DNA of 59,827 nucleotides from an uncultured bacterium (GCA_964601505.1 CAZRNR010000007.1:1-59827); one strand, 5' to 3'. Shown: positions 18,731-28,699, numbered from the stretch's first letter. Program-made: numbers and translations. Notes: a model not told the origin generated them from the letters alone.

Positions 18731-20562
18731 TGTGTGGGATCTGTGGTATAGTAGAAAAAAAATCTGATGTCGATAGAAGTATTCTCAAAAGAATGAATGA
18801 TTCTCTCTACCATAGAGGTCCAGATGATGAAGGATTTTATATAAACAAGAACGTTGGACTTGCCTCAAGAAGACTCTCCATAATTGATATATATGGGGGG
18901 AAACAACCTATAAAAAACGAAGATGGAAATATAGTTACAGTCTTCAATGGGGAAATATACAACTACATTGAACTTAGAGAAGAACTTGAAAAGCGTGGGC
19001 ATAAGTTTGCAACTAAAAGTGATACAGAAGTCATTGTACATCTTTATGAAGAAGAAGGAGAAGATTTTGTAGATTCACTAAATGGAATGTTTGCTATAGC
19101 AATTTATGATCAGAAGAAAGATAAGTTGATTTTAGCAAGAGATAGGGCTGGAGAGAAACCTCTTTATTTTGGAAATTTCCCCGAATTCTTCATCTTCGCA
19201 TCTGAATTAAAATCTATTCTGAGCAACCCAAAAGTAAGTAGAGAAATAAATCTCAAGTCCCTAAGCCTTTATCTTATGCTTGAGTATATTCCTTCCCCTT
19301 TTTCAATAATAGATGGCATCAATAAGTTAAAACCAGGTCATATCCTTATATACAAGGATGGAGAACACACTATAAAAAGATATTTCAATCTCACCAAGAT
19401 TGTAACTCCACAGAATGAGAAAGAAGTGATTGAAAGAATTGATGAACTTATCTGTAATTCTGTCAAAATAAGGTTGAGGAGTGATGTAGATGTTGGGATA
19501 TTTCTATCTGGTGGTCTTGATTCATCTTTGGTAACTTATTACGCTGTAAATCTTGGGGGGAAAATAAAAACTTTTAATATATCTTTTGATGAACCTTCAT
19601 TTGATGAATCCAAATTTGCAAAGATTGTAGCTAATTTCCTGGGAACTGAACACATAGAGGAGAAATTCGACCAGAATAAAATGCTGGAAATTTTCCCTCA
19701 TGTAATAAGCTTCATTGACGAACCTTTTGCAGATCCATCAATATTACCAACTTATCTTGTATCAAAACTTGCAAGAAATTATGTTAAGGTAGTATTAGGA
19801 GGTGATGGAGGTGATGAACTTTTTGGTGGATATCCAACATATTTTGCGCATAAGCTTATGAATATATACAAAATTGTTCCGTTTAAAAAATTTATATCTT
19901 CTATATCAAATATACTTCCTGTATCGCATAGCAATTTCAGTCTTGATTTTAAGATCAAAAAGTTTCTCGAAGGGCAGAATCTTGAAGGTTGGAGGAGACA
20001 TATAAGGTGGATGGGAGCATTTTCAGAAGAAGAATTGAAAAAAATTTTAGTTCCTTATGAGGAATCAAAAATATCTCTTGAAGATTTCATTTCAGAAACG
20101 GTTTTACCGGAGGATCCAAATAACTTTTTCGTTCTAGATTTTAAGACCTATCTTGCAGATGACGTTCTTGTAAAGGTTGATAGGGCAAGCATGATGAATT
20201 CCCTTGAAGCTCGTGCTCCTTTTTTGGACCCAAATATAATAAATTTTGCCTATAGCCTTCAAGAAAGATTTAAGGTAAGAAATTTTAGAACAAAATACAT
20301 ATTGAGAAAACTTTTGGATTCTAAATCTTTCCCAAAGGAAGTAATAAACAGACCTAAAAAAGGCTTTGGAATACCGATAGCCAAGTGGATAAAAGAAAAT
20401 TTGAATGATATCATAGCTCAAAAATTTTCGTCGTCTGGAGATATTTTTAAGACAGAAGAACTTGGAAAAATGCTTAGGGAACACGTAGAATTCAAAAAAG
20501 ACAATAGAAAGAAGCTATGGACCATTTTTATATTCCTTATGTGGAGAGAAAATTATCTTTAG
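18730..20562 (+). CDS. asnB: Asparagine synthase (glutamine-hydrolysing) family amidotransferase
   Basis: N-terminal MCGI, HRGPDD, FNGEIYN, LSGGLDSS, GDGGDELFGGY, DRASMMNSLEARAPFLD, KKGFGIP; 1-bp overlap with the GT2 gene. Confidence 0.9.
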   Translation: MCGICGIVEKKSDVDRSILKRMNDSLYHRGPDDEGFYINKNVGLASRRLSIIDIYGGKQPIKNEDGNIVTVFNGEIYNYIELREELEKRGHKFATKSDTEVIVHLYEEEGEDFVDSLNGMFAIAIYDQKKDKLILARDRAGEKPLYFGNFPEFFIFASELKSILSNPKVSREINLKSLSLYLMLEYIPSPFSIIDGINKLKPGHILIYKDGEHTIKRYFNLTKIVTPQNEKEVIERIDELICNSVKIRLRSDVDVGIFLSGGLDSSLVTYYAVNLGGKIKTFNISFDEPSFDESKFAKIVANFLGTEHIEEKFDQNKMLEIFPHVISFIDEPFADPSILPTYLVSKLARNYVKVVLGGDGGDELFGGYPTYFAHKLMNIYKIVPFKKFISSISNILPVSHSNFSLDFKIKKFLEGQNLEGWRRHIRWMGAFSEEELKKILVPYEESKISLEDFISETVLPEDPNNFFVLDFKTYLADDVLVKVDRASMMNSLEARAPFLDPNIINFAYSLQERFKVRNFRTKYILRKLLDSKSFPKEVINRPKKGFGIPIAKWIKENLNDIIAQKFSSSGDIFKTEELGKMLREHVEFKKDNRKKLWTIFIFLMWRENYL

Positions 20563-20755
20563 GTTCATGTCCTGTTATGTTAAGCCAAATAATCAATTGC
20601 TTAAAATAAACATTTTATGATCTCCGATGAATCATTATTGTCTCACATACATAGATCAAATTTGTTTATGATATTTTTTCAGAAGTTTTCTATTCAATTT
20701 AGAAGACCCTAGTTCATTTGTGGTTTTGTGAAGACTAAACTATTTTTGTAATTTA

Positions 20756-21664
20756 TCATATATTTAATATATTCCTTTTGATATCCCTGATGTAGAATGT
20801 TTTGTTTCCGATAATATCTCTAAGCCTTTTTTCAAGTATCCTGATAGGTGTTATATTTTTTGGTGCTCTATCTCCTATATTTTGAGCCCAACCAGATATC
20901 TTTCTTGCAAGAAAGTTTGCAAAAACCGTTTGATTAGAATCACGAAAGAAATCTACTCTTACGATTGATGATTTTTTCAACCAGAGAAAAAAAGAAAATC
21001 TCTTCTTTCCTTTCTTCTCGGTAAAAATCAACTTGCTTCTTATTTCAGAGAACCTGTGCTTTTCTATGTTCTTTATGAATTCTTCAGGCCACGAAAAGTT
21101 CTTCACTATACCTACAACATAATTTTCATATATGTTTTTAAAAGACTCTTCCAACCTTAGATTCCCATCTAGAACAAGTACTTTGCTACCAATATCTTTT
21201 ATGATATTGTTGGCTAATGTAAACTCATCTGTTCTCAATTTATCAAGAATTATCTTTCTTTTTATCCTTTGATCATAGATAAAGACCATATCTACTGTTT
21301 TTTCTGTGATTTTCTCAAGCTTTGGTTTAATGTTTTCTTCTACAATTGATTTTATTACATCCTTCTGGAAAGTTATGTATAGTTTTATTTTGGGAAAAAT
21401 CATTTTTCCATTTTCAAATCCACAGCCAACACTTGAAATAAAAATATCCGATATGAATTCCTCTCCTTCATAAGTAAATAAAATTTTTATTGGTAGTTCA
21501 TCTATTACTCCATCTATGAATACAAAATCTCTCTTCTCTTCATTTTCTTCTTTTTCTGCTAATTCAGGTAGTTCTTCAAATACCTCATATGTGGTTTCTT
21601 CATTTTCTTCTATGTAATCGTTATCTTCAAACTTACTCTCCTTTTCTATGATTTGTATTTTCAT
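20756..21664 (-). CDS. NurA-domain (RNase H-fold) nuclease-like protein
   Basis: FIDG, LVLDGNL, VGIVK and C-terminal DRAPKNITPIRILEKRLR resemble bacterial NurA-like proteins. Confidence 0.6.
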   Translation of the reverse strand: MKIQIIEKESKFEDNDYIEENEETTYEVFEELPELAEKEENEEKRDFVFIDGVIDELPIKILFTYEGEEFISDIFISSVGCGFENGKMIFPKIKLYITFQKDVIKSIVEENIKPKLEKITEKTVDMVFIYDQRIKRKIILDKLRTDEFTLANNIIKDIGSKVLVLDGNLRLEESFKNIYENYVVGIVKNFSWPEEFIKNIEKHRFSEIRSKLIFTEKKGKKRFSFFLWLKKSSIVRVDFFRDSNQTVFANFLARKISGWAQNIGDRAPKNITPIRILEKRLRDIIGNKTFYIRDIKRNILNI

Positions 21665-21667
21665 AAT

Positions 21668-21700
21668 AAAAAAGGAGAGAGGGTGAGAGTCCCTCCCTCC
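21668..21700 (-). terminator. Intrinsic terminator
   Basis: Minus strand GGAGGGAGGG-ACTCTCA-CCCTCTCTCC (10-bp stem with one G-U) followed by TTTTTT. Confidence 0.8.
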
Positions 21701-21795
21701 CAGGGGGTTATGAGTTGAGGTGGTTATTTAGACGCTCCAAATGTATAAATATAATCGTTTTATTTATTGTTAAAGATTATATTAAAACCTAATTC

Positions 21796-22401
21796 CTATC
21801 GCGCAAGAGCTTCTCCGACCCTTCCAACTATGTCAGGACCTGGTTTAAGAGTTTTTTTGCCCTTGGTCCATTTTGCAGGACATGCTTCATCCGGATGTTC
21901 CCTAACATACTGGTAAGCTTCTATTTTTCTTTGAAGTTCGTCCGCATTCCTACCAACTGGATAATAATTTATTTCTGAAGCTACTAGAATCCCATCTGGA
22001 TTTATTATATACGTACCTCTTAAGGCAAGCCCAGTTGCTTCATCATATACTCCAAAAGTTCTTGATATAAATCCTGTTGGATCAGCAACCATTTTCCACT
22101 TGAAGTTCTTTAAAAGTGGTTCATCTTTAGTCCATGCAAGATGAACATATTGTGTGTCTGTGCTCACTGATAGAACTTCTATCTTTAACTTTTTGAATTC
22201 ATCATATTTATTCCCAACATCTTCAAGTTCCGTTGGACATACAAAAGTATAGTCTGCAGGATAAAAGAAAAGAACTACCCACTTACCTTCTTGAAGAAGA
22301 TCATAAAGATTAATGTTCCCAAAACCCTTTTTTACTGGATCATAATAAGTCATTTTAAAGTCCGGTACTTTTTGTCCTATTTTTACTTCCTTTACTTCCA
22401 T
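21796..22401 (-). CDS. ahpC: 2-Cys peroxiredoxin
   Basis: FFYPADYTFVCPTE, GRNADEL, EACPAKW; SD AGGAGG. Confidence 0.93.
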   Translation of the reverse strand: MEVKEVKIGQKVPDFKMTYYDPVKKGFGNINLYDLLQEGKWVVLFFYPADYTFVCPTELEDVGNKYDEFKKLKIEVLSVSTDTQYVHLAWTKDEPLLKNFKWKMVADPTGFISRTFGVYDEATGLALRGTYIINPDGILVASEINYYPVGRNADELQRKIEAYQYVREHPDEACPAKWTKGKKTLKPGPDIVGRVGEALAR

Positions 22402-22723
22402 TTTCTGATAACCTCCTTATTCTTATTTTTATCATTTTCTATTCTAGTTTCGTTTTTTATTCAGTGGTAAAAAACAAAAATATTTTTTGAATAGAAATTT
22501 TTTTTATTTATTATTTTTTTTCTTTATTTATCCTTGATGAAAAGAAGAAGTCATACTTTTTGGTTTACAATCTTGGAAGATCGCTGAGAGATTGTAAAAT
22601 TTACTAATTGTGATATTTTTAAGTTATTTCTTTACCAAGACCTATTCAATAGTATGTTTTTTTATAATATTTTTTAGTTAGTTGTTTTATTCATGTTGCT
22701 TTATTTGTGCGATATTGGATAAA

Positions 22724-24106
22724 ATGAAGAATGTATCAGAAAAGGAATTGACAAATTTTCCCGTAAGGGAGATTGGTCCATATATTGTTACAAAGCTTAT
22801 AGGTGAAGGTGGGATGGGAAAAGTCTGGCGTGCATGGAGGATATCCGAAGGTAGTTTTAAGAAAATCCTGGCTATAAAGACATCAAAGTCATCGAAAAAA
22901 TATATAGATCTTTTTATGAATGAAGCAAAAATATCCGCGAGATTCGAACATGAGAACATAGTTAAAACCTTTGATTTTGGTAAAACAGATGATGCTTTCT
23001 TCCTTGTTATGGAATATATAAGAGGGATAGACCTGAAAGAATTTATATTAAATGTTAAGAATATACCAATCGATGTTTTCTTTTTCATAATAGATAGGAT
23101 TCTCAGTGGAGTAATATATATTCACAATTTTGAAGGAAGACAACTTGTCCATAGGGATATAAATCAGAAGAATATACTGATTTCATGGAATGGAAATGTA
23201 AAGATTTCAGACTTTGGTATAACCTTACCTCAACACGGAGATTTTGATCCTTTCGGGAAAATAGGGTATGTTCCTCCAGAGGTTATTTTAGGGAAAGGTT
23301 GGAGCCAGCTTGGAGACATTTGGTGTATTGGAGTTCTCATGTGGGAAATGCTAACATCTAAAAAACTTTTTTCAGGAAAGGGGAAAGAGGATTTAAAGAA
23401 AAAGATATTGTCTTGTAATATCGATCCTCCATCACTTTTCAATAAATCAGTCAGTGAAGAAATAGATAAAATTGTTATGAATTGTCTGTCAAGAGTTCCA
23501 GAATCAAGATATATTTCAGCGGAAAGACTTCAAGAAGAAATAAGGAGAACTATGTCTAATTTATCAATAAAACCGATGTATCAAGAAGATTTTTCACTTT
23601 TCATATCTGATCATTTTTCAGAAAGAATAAAAAAGGAAGATAAAGAAATTGCTGAAGAAGAGGCATATGTTTCTATTTACGCAGTTGAGAAAAACGTTAA
23701 AAATATTGAAACCAAGGTTGAAAATAAAATAACTTCAAAAAATTCATCTTCTCCTTCATACTATATCTTTTCTCCTGGAGACCAGAAAAAAGAGAGACAT
23801 CATACTGAGAAGAAGAATGATTCTGGGACCAAGATTCGGAAGATAAAGAGGAAAAAAAGAGATGAGAAGATTTTCTTCACAAGTTCTATTTTGGGTTTTG
23901 TTTTAGGATTAACAATCGGTGTCTTTAAGGGAGCTTACGAAATAAAATCTGCAGAAGGCCTTTTTAAAAAAGGAGTAGATTTAGCAAAGGAAAGAAATTT
24001 TGGTCAGGCCAAGGAATTTTTCCAGATATCAGCTGATATATCTGATTTAAGAGAAGTCAGAAACATAATTGATAGATTAAATACAAATTACGGTAAGAAT
24101 GATTAA
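22724..24106 (+). CDS. Hanks-type Ser/Thr protein kinase with C-terminal TM helix
   Basis: GEGGMGKV, LAIK, HRDINQKN, DFG, GKIGYVPPE, DIWCIG; TM segment FTSSILGFVLGLTIGVF; start set at ATG 22724. Confidence 0.88.
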   Translation: MKNVSEKELTNFPVREIGPYIVTKLIGEGGMGKVWRAWRISEGSFKKILAIKTSKSSKKYIDLFMNEAKISARFEHENIVKTFDFGKTDDAFFLVMEYIRGIDLKEFILNVKNIPIDVFFFIIDRILSGVIYIHNFEGRQLVHRDINQKNILISWNGNVKISDFGITLPQHGDFDPFGKIGYVPPEVILGKGWSQLGDIWCIGVLMWEMLTSKKLFSGKGKEDLKKKILSCNIDPPSLFNKSVSEEIDKIVMNCLSRVPESRYISAERLQEEIRRTMSNLSIKPMYQEDFSLFISDHFSERIKKEDKEIAEEEAYVSIYAVEKNVKNIETKVENKITSKNSSSPSYYIFSPGDQKKERHHTEKKNDSGTKIRKIKRKKRDEKIFFTSSILGFVLGLTIGVFKGAYEIKSAEGLFKKGVDLAKERNFGQAKEFFQISADISDLREVRNIIDRLNTNYGKND

Positions 24107-24120
24107 AGAGATTAATTTCC

Positions 24121-24768
24121 ATGATCAATATAGAGTATAATCCTACTGAAATAGAGGCTTTAAGTCATAAGATAATAAAAGAAAGGCTTCCTAACATTTT
24201 CGGCTGCACAGAAGAATATGAGATTGCAGTTAGAGTTGCTCAAGCAACAGGAGATATTGAATTCGCAAAGGATTTGCAGTTCCATCCAGATTTTGTAAAA
24301 AATGCATTGGAATCACTTAAGGCTAAACTTCCAATATTTGTGGATGTTGAGATGGCAAAAGTTGCTATATCAAACTATGCAAAATCTTTGGGATTAGAAG
24401 TTATATGTGCTATAAATGATCCAGATGTTGTGAAAAAAGCAAAAGATCTTGGTATAACAAGAAGTATTGTGGCAGTAAGAATGGTACTTGAGGAAAGAAA
24501 AATTGGACTCATTGTCTGTGGTAATTCACCTACTTTTCTTTATGAAGTTTTGAATATGGCTGAAAAAGGGAAAAAGCCGATGGCTCTGATAGGAATGCCT
24601 GTTGGTTTTGTCTCAGCACTTGATGTTAAAAAATTATTATATGAGAGAAAAACCCTTCCTTTCTTGACAAACTTATCAACAAAAGGTGGAACTCCCGCTG
24701 CAGTAGCTGCTGCGATATATCTTATCAATCTACTGAATGATAAAAAAAGATATGGACAGCACTCGTGA
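24121..24768 (+). CDS. cobH: Precorrin-8X methylmutase (CobH/CbiC)
   Basis: PTEIEALSH, QATGD, DVEM, GNSPTFL, GMPVGFV, KGGTPAAVAA. Confidence 0.88.
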   Translation: MINIEYNPTEIEALSHKIIKERLPNIFGCTEEYEIAVRVAQATGDIEFAKDLQFHPDFVKNALESLKAKLPIFVDVEMAKVAISNYAKSLGLEVICAINDPDVVKKAKDLGITRSIVAVRMVLEERKIGLIVCGNSPTFLYEVLNMAEKGKKPMALIGMPVGFVSALDVKKLLYERKTLPFLTNLSTKGGTPAAVAAAIYLINLLNDKKRYGQHS

Positions 24769-24770
24769 TA

Positions 24771-25775
24771 CTAAATACCTTGTACTCTCTCTTGTAAGTT
24801 AATTCTCTCTTTGCTTATATTACTTATGAAGAATTTATCTGCTATAAAATCACCGAATTTTTCCACCAGGTTCTTTGGTATGGTGAATCTTGCAAATTTT
24901 GTCCTTTGAGCGATATCATACGCTACAGAGAGGAAGTCTTTTATACCAAGCTTGACCCATCTATTCACATCTATACCAATGACCTCAGCATGACTTTTGA
25001 GTTTCAAAATAGATATTATTATGTGGAATAACCACTGAAGTTGTTTTGATATAGTGAAAACATATTCATTGAATGAAATCTTGTTCATCATAACAGGTAG
25101 ATATTTTCTTGCAAGTCCGACATGTTTAGCTTCATCCATAGCTATGTATTCAAGTAATTCCTTTAAAACTGGATCTGGGGAGATCTGTTTAACAGCTGTG
25201 AAAAGATTAAAAGCAACATTTTCCACCAATAACTGCATACCTATCATTTTTAGGACTTTATTCTGTGTTTTCATAATATCATCCAATATAAATCTTGAAT
25301 GAGGTTCTATTGGTGGGAGTTCTCCGAGATAGGATAGATATTTTTGATAAGCTGTGGCATGTTTTGCTTCCTCTATAACTTGAGCAGCAAGAACCTTTTT
25401 TGCATCAAAGTCATCTACCATTTCAAGAAGCTGGGCGGCAACTATCATTGCTACAATCTCACCGTAATATATTATAGAAAAAATATGCATTATTGCTGCT
25501 TTTTCTCTCTCAGGTAAATGCGGAGGACCATATTTTTTAATGAGATTATCTAATATTTCTGAATCATTCCAGAACTGTTTTTTTGATGCTTCATAAGACC
25601 TATGCAGACCTTTGAAATTTATAGATAAATTAATGTTTGAATACGGAGAAAATTTTCCTAAGAATCTTTTCATTCTCTTTTCTCTTACATTGTTTATCAA
25701 ATTCATATATGATTCATCGAATTTCCTTAATTTTTCAAATAGCTTTTGTTTCTCTAATATATTTTTCCCTACCAT
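24771..25775 (-). CDS. Ferritin-like di-iron carboxylate protein, function unknown
   Basis: YGE ... EEAKH ... LVE ... DEAKH ligand pattern (E, ExxH, E, ExxH). Confidence 0.75.
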   Translation of the reverse strand: MVGKNILEKQKLFEKLRKFDESYMNLINNVREKRMKRFLGKFSPYSNINLSINFKGLHRSYEASKKQFWNDSEILDNLIKKYGPPHLPEREKAAIMHIFSIIYYGEIVAMIVAAQLLEMVDDFDAKKVLAAQVIEEAKHATAYQKYLSYLGELPPIEPHSRFILDDIMKTQNKVLKMIGMQLLVENVAFNLFTAVKQISPDPVLKELLEYIAMDEAKHVGLARKYLPVMMNKISFNEYVFTISKQLQWLFHIIISILKLKSHAEVIGIDVNRWVKLGIKDFLSVAYDIAQRTKFARFTIPKNLVEKFGDFIADKFFISNISKERINLQERVQGI

Positions 25776-25956
25776 TCGTTAATTTACCTCCCTTCCGTAA
25801 GTTAGTCTATCAAATAAAATTTAATAATTCAATTCAGATTATTCAATATTTTCTGTTGCTTTTACCTTGAAATATTTCAAAAACAGAACAAAAATGTTTT
25901 ATTATCGCTTTTTACTTGTTTTATGAAAATATTATTCACGATTACCTAAAATTAAT

Positions 25957-27771
25957 TTGATGATCCTAACTTGGCTTATAGGTGGTCCTCAAGGAAGTGG
26001 AGTTGATACCTCTGCGAACTCATTTGCTCGCTCGTGTGCTTATGCCGGATACTGGGTCTTTGGTAAAAGAGAGTACCATTCAAATATAATCGGTGAGCAC
26101 TCATATTTTGTCGTGAGCGTTTCTGATAAAGAAGTAAAAACTTTCAGAGATAAAATAGAAATTCTTACATCATTTGAGCAAAGAACTTTAGATATTCACA
26201 TTGAAGATGTGGCACAAAATGGATTTGTCATATGTGATGAAGAGATAGACACCTCAAAGTATTCTTACTACATAGATTCAAGAAATCTGACAGTTGTTAA
26301 AATACCTTACAGAAAAATAATAAAGGAAACAGCAGAAAAGTTCGGACTTACGGACTTAAAAAAGTTAGATGTTATGAGAAATTCAATCAGTGTTTTCGCT
26401 TCAGGAGGAGTTATTGGCTTGCCTGCTGAATTCATAGAAAAATCAATGGATTATATCTTCGTTGGCAAAAGAAGAAAGGTTCTTGAGCCAAATAGATATG
26501 CAGGTCTAAAGGGTTATGAAATTGGTCAAAAATATTCTGATAAGTTCCCATTCAAACTAAAGAAGATAGAAGAAAAACAACAGAAGTTTATTCTGACGGG
26601 AACACAAGCTACAGCTTTTGGGAAAATAATTGCAGGATGTAGATTCCAGACGTATTATCCTATAACTCCTGCAACAGATGAAAGCGAATTTCTTGAATCT
26701 CTCGCAAAAAAATATGACTTTGTTGTTATTCAGGCAGAAGATGAGATAGCAGCTCTTCTTATGTGTATTGGAGCTTCTTTAGCTGGAGCAAGAGCTGCTA
26801 CTTCTACTTCAGGTCCTGGATTTTCTCTGATGGCAGAGGGTATGGGATGGGCAGGAATGAACGAAGTTCCGGTCGTCATCATAAATTATCAGCGAGGTGG
26901 ACCTTCCACCGGACTTCCAACAAGGCATGAACAGGGAGATCTTAAATTTGCCATAAATGCTGGGCACGGTGAATTCCCACGAATAGTCATTTCACCCGGA
27001 GATATAGCAGAATCTCTATATATCACTGCTGAAGCCTTTAACTTCGCTGAGAAATATCAGCTTCCGGTCATAGTGATTCAAGATAAATTCTTGGCTAATA
27101 GCGTCAAAACTATCCTTCCTCCAGATATTTCAAAATTTACTATTCAAAGAGGAAAGTTATTGCAGAATCAAACAGTAGATGGAGGAGAGATAAATAAGTT
27201 TAAAAGGTTTGAAATACAAGATAACTCAGACTTCGTATCACCAAGAATACCAGTTGGCTATCCCGGGTTTGTCTTTTGGAATACTGGAGACGAACATGAT
27301 GAGTATGGACATATCTGTGAAGATTCAGAAAACCGATTTAGGATGCATCAGAAAAGGATGAAAAAGCTTGAACAAATATTATCTGAAACTTCAGAAGAGC
27401 ACAAGATTTCTATTTTCGGGAATGTTAAATCGGACTTTGTGATTGTGAGCTGGGGATCTACGAAAGGAAGTATTCTATCAGCAATGGAAGAATTTCAGGA
27501 TAGCTTCCTTTTTGTCCAAATCAAGATGATACATCCTTTAGATTCAGATCTTGTGAAAAGATATATATCTGGTAGGAGGAAGATAATCGTTGAACAAAAT
27601 TATACCGCTCAGCTTGCCTCAATCATTACGGAAAGAACTGGTGAATTCTTTGATTATTTTATCCTTAAGTGGAACGGGCGTCCTATGTCTCATGATGATC
27701 TGGTGAAAGCTTTTGAGCAAATTCTAAATGGAAGAGCGGATAAGAAAATTTTCCTTACATCTGGGAAATGA
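25957..27771 (+). CDS. 2-oxoacid:ferredoxin oxidoreductase alpha subunit (gamma-alpha fusion type)
   Basis: GGPQGSGV, YPITPA, QAEDEIAA, TSTSGPGFSLMAE, QRGGPSTGLPT, GDEHDE, WGSTKG. Confidence 0.93.
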   Translation: MMILTWLIGGPQGSGVDTSANSFARSCAYAGYWVFGKREYHSNIIGEHSYFVVSVSDKEVKTFRDKIEILTSFEQRTLDIHIEDVAQNGFVICDEEIDTSKYSYYIDSRNLTVVKIPYRKIIKETAEKFGLTDLKKLDVMRNSISVFASGGVIGLPAEFIEKSMDYIFVGKRRKVLEPNRYAGLKGYEIGQKYSDKFPFKLKKIEEKQQKFILTGTQATAFGKIIAGCRFQTYYPITPATDESEFLESLAKKYDFVVIQAEDEIAALLMCIGASLAGARAATSTSGPGFSLMAEGMGWAGMNEVPVVIINYQRGGPSTGLPTRHEQGDLKFAINAGHGEFPRIVISPGDIAESLYITAEAFNFAEKYQLPVIVIQDKFLANSVKTILPPDISKFTIQRGKLLQNQTVDGGEINKFKRFEIQDNSDFVSPRIPVGYPGFVFWNTGDEHDEYGHICEDSENRFRMHQKRMKKLEQILSETSEEHKISIFGNVKSDFVIVSWGSTKGSILSAMEEFQDSFLFVQIKMIHPLDSDLVKRYISGRRKIIVEQNYTAQLASIITERTGEFFDYFILKWNGRPMSHDDLVKAFEQILNGRADKKIFLTSGK

Positions 27772-27829
27772 AAAATTTTATATTTGAAAGAATGATGAGC
27801 AAAATAAAAAATATAAGGAGGATAAAATA

Positions 27830-28699
27830 ATGTTATCAAAAGAATTATATAAGTCTGATTATGAATCAGACTGGTGCCCAGGTTGTGGTGATTTCGGTAT
27901 CCTTCAGGCATTAATTCAATCCTTGTCTGAACTTGAGATTTCTCCATGGAAGACTGTTATTTTCTCTGGTATAGGTTGTTCCGGAAAGACTCCTCATTAT
28001 ATAAACTCTTACGGAATCCATACACTTCACGGAAGACCTTTACCCTTTGCAATAGGTGCGAAAATGGCAAATCCTTCTTTAAATGTAATTGCTATAAGTG
28101 GAGATGGGGATGCTTACGGTATAGGAATAGGACATTTTGTAAATGCAGGCAGGAGAAATCCAGATATAACCTATATAGTCTATAACAACGGTGTTTATGG
28201 CTTAACAAAGGGCCAAGCTTCTCCAACCTTGAGGAGAAACTTACAACCAAAATCTCTAAAATACCCGAATATAAACAACAGCATAAATCCAATCGCTATA
28301 GCTGTATCAGCAGGATATACTTTTGTAGCAAGATCATTTGCCTACAATGTCAAGCATCTAAAGGATACAATAAAGAAAGCTATACTTCACAAAGGAATTG
28401 CTTTTATAGATGTTTTGCAACCTTGCCCAACATTCAATACGGTAGATACAAAGGAATCCTATATGCAAAGAATAAAAATACTTCCTGAAGATCACAATAA
28501 AAAAGATGCTGTTGAAGCTATGAAATATGCATTAGATGTGGATAACCTTTGGATAGGTATCTTTTACCAAGTTGAAGATCAAACTTATGAACAAAGGTAT
28601 TCTCAAATTTTAGGTCAGTATCCAAAAAATTGTCCCGCAAATATTGATATGAGTGTAATCACGGATGTATCTGATTCTCTTAAGGATTTTTCTTCTTGA
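27830..28699 (+). CDS. 2-oxoacid:ferredoxin oxidoreductase beta subunit
   Basis: WCPGCGDFG, SGIGCS, HTLHGR, GDGD TPP motif, YGLTKGQASPT, LQPCPTFN. Confidence 0.93.
   Translation: MLSKELYKSDYESDWCPGCGDFGILQALIQSLSELEISPWKTVIFSGIGCSGKTPHYINSYGIHTLHGRPLPFAIGAKMANPSLNVIAISGDGDAYGIGIGHFVNAGRRNPDITYIVYNNGVYGLTKGQASPTLRRNLQPKSLKYPNINNSINPIAIAVSAGYTFVARSFAYNVKHLKDTIKKAILHKGIAFIDVLQPCPTFNTVDTKESYMQRIKILPEDHNKKDAVEAMKYALDVDNLWIGIFYQVEDQTYEQRYSQILGQYPKNCPANIDMSVITDVSDSLKDFSS

Noticed and set aside
22415-22445. Fur-box-like GAAAATGATAAAAATAAGA upstream of ahpC
   Set aside because: About 13/19 match with no palindromic symmetry; not significant at this AT content.
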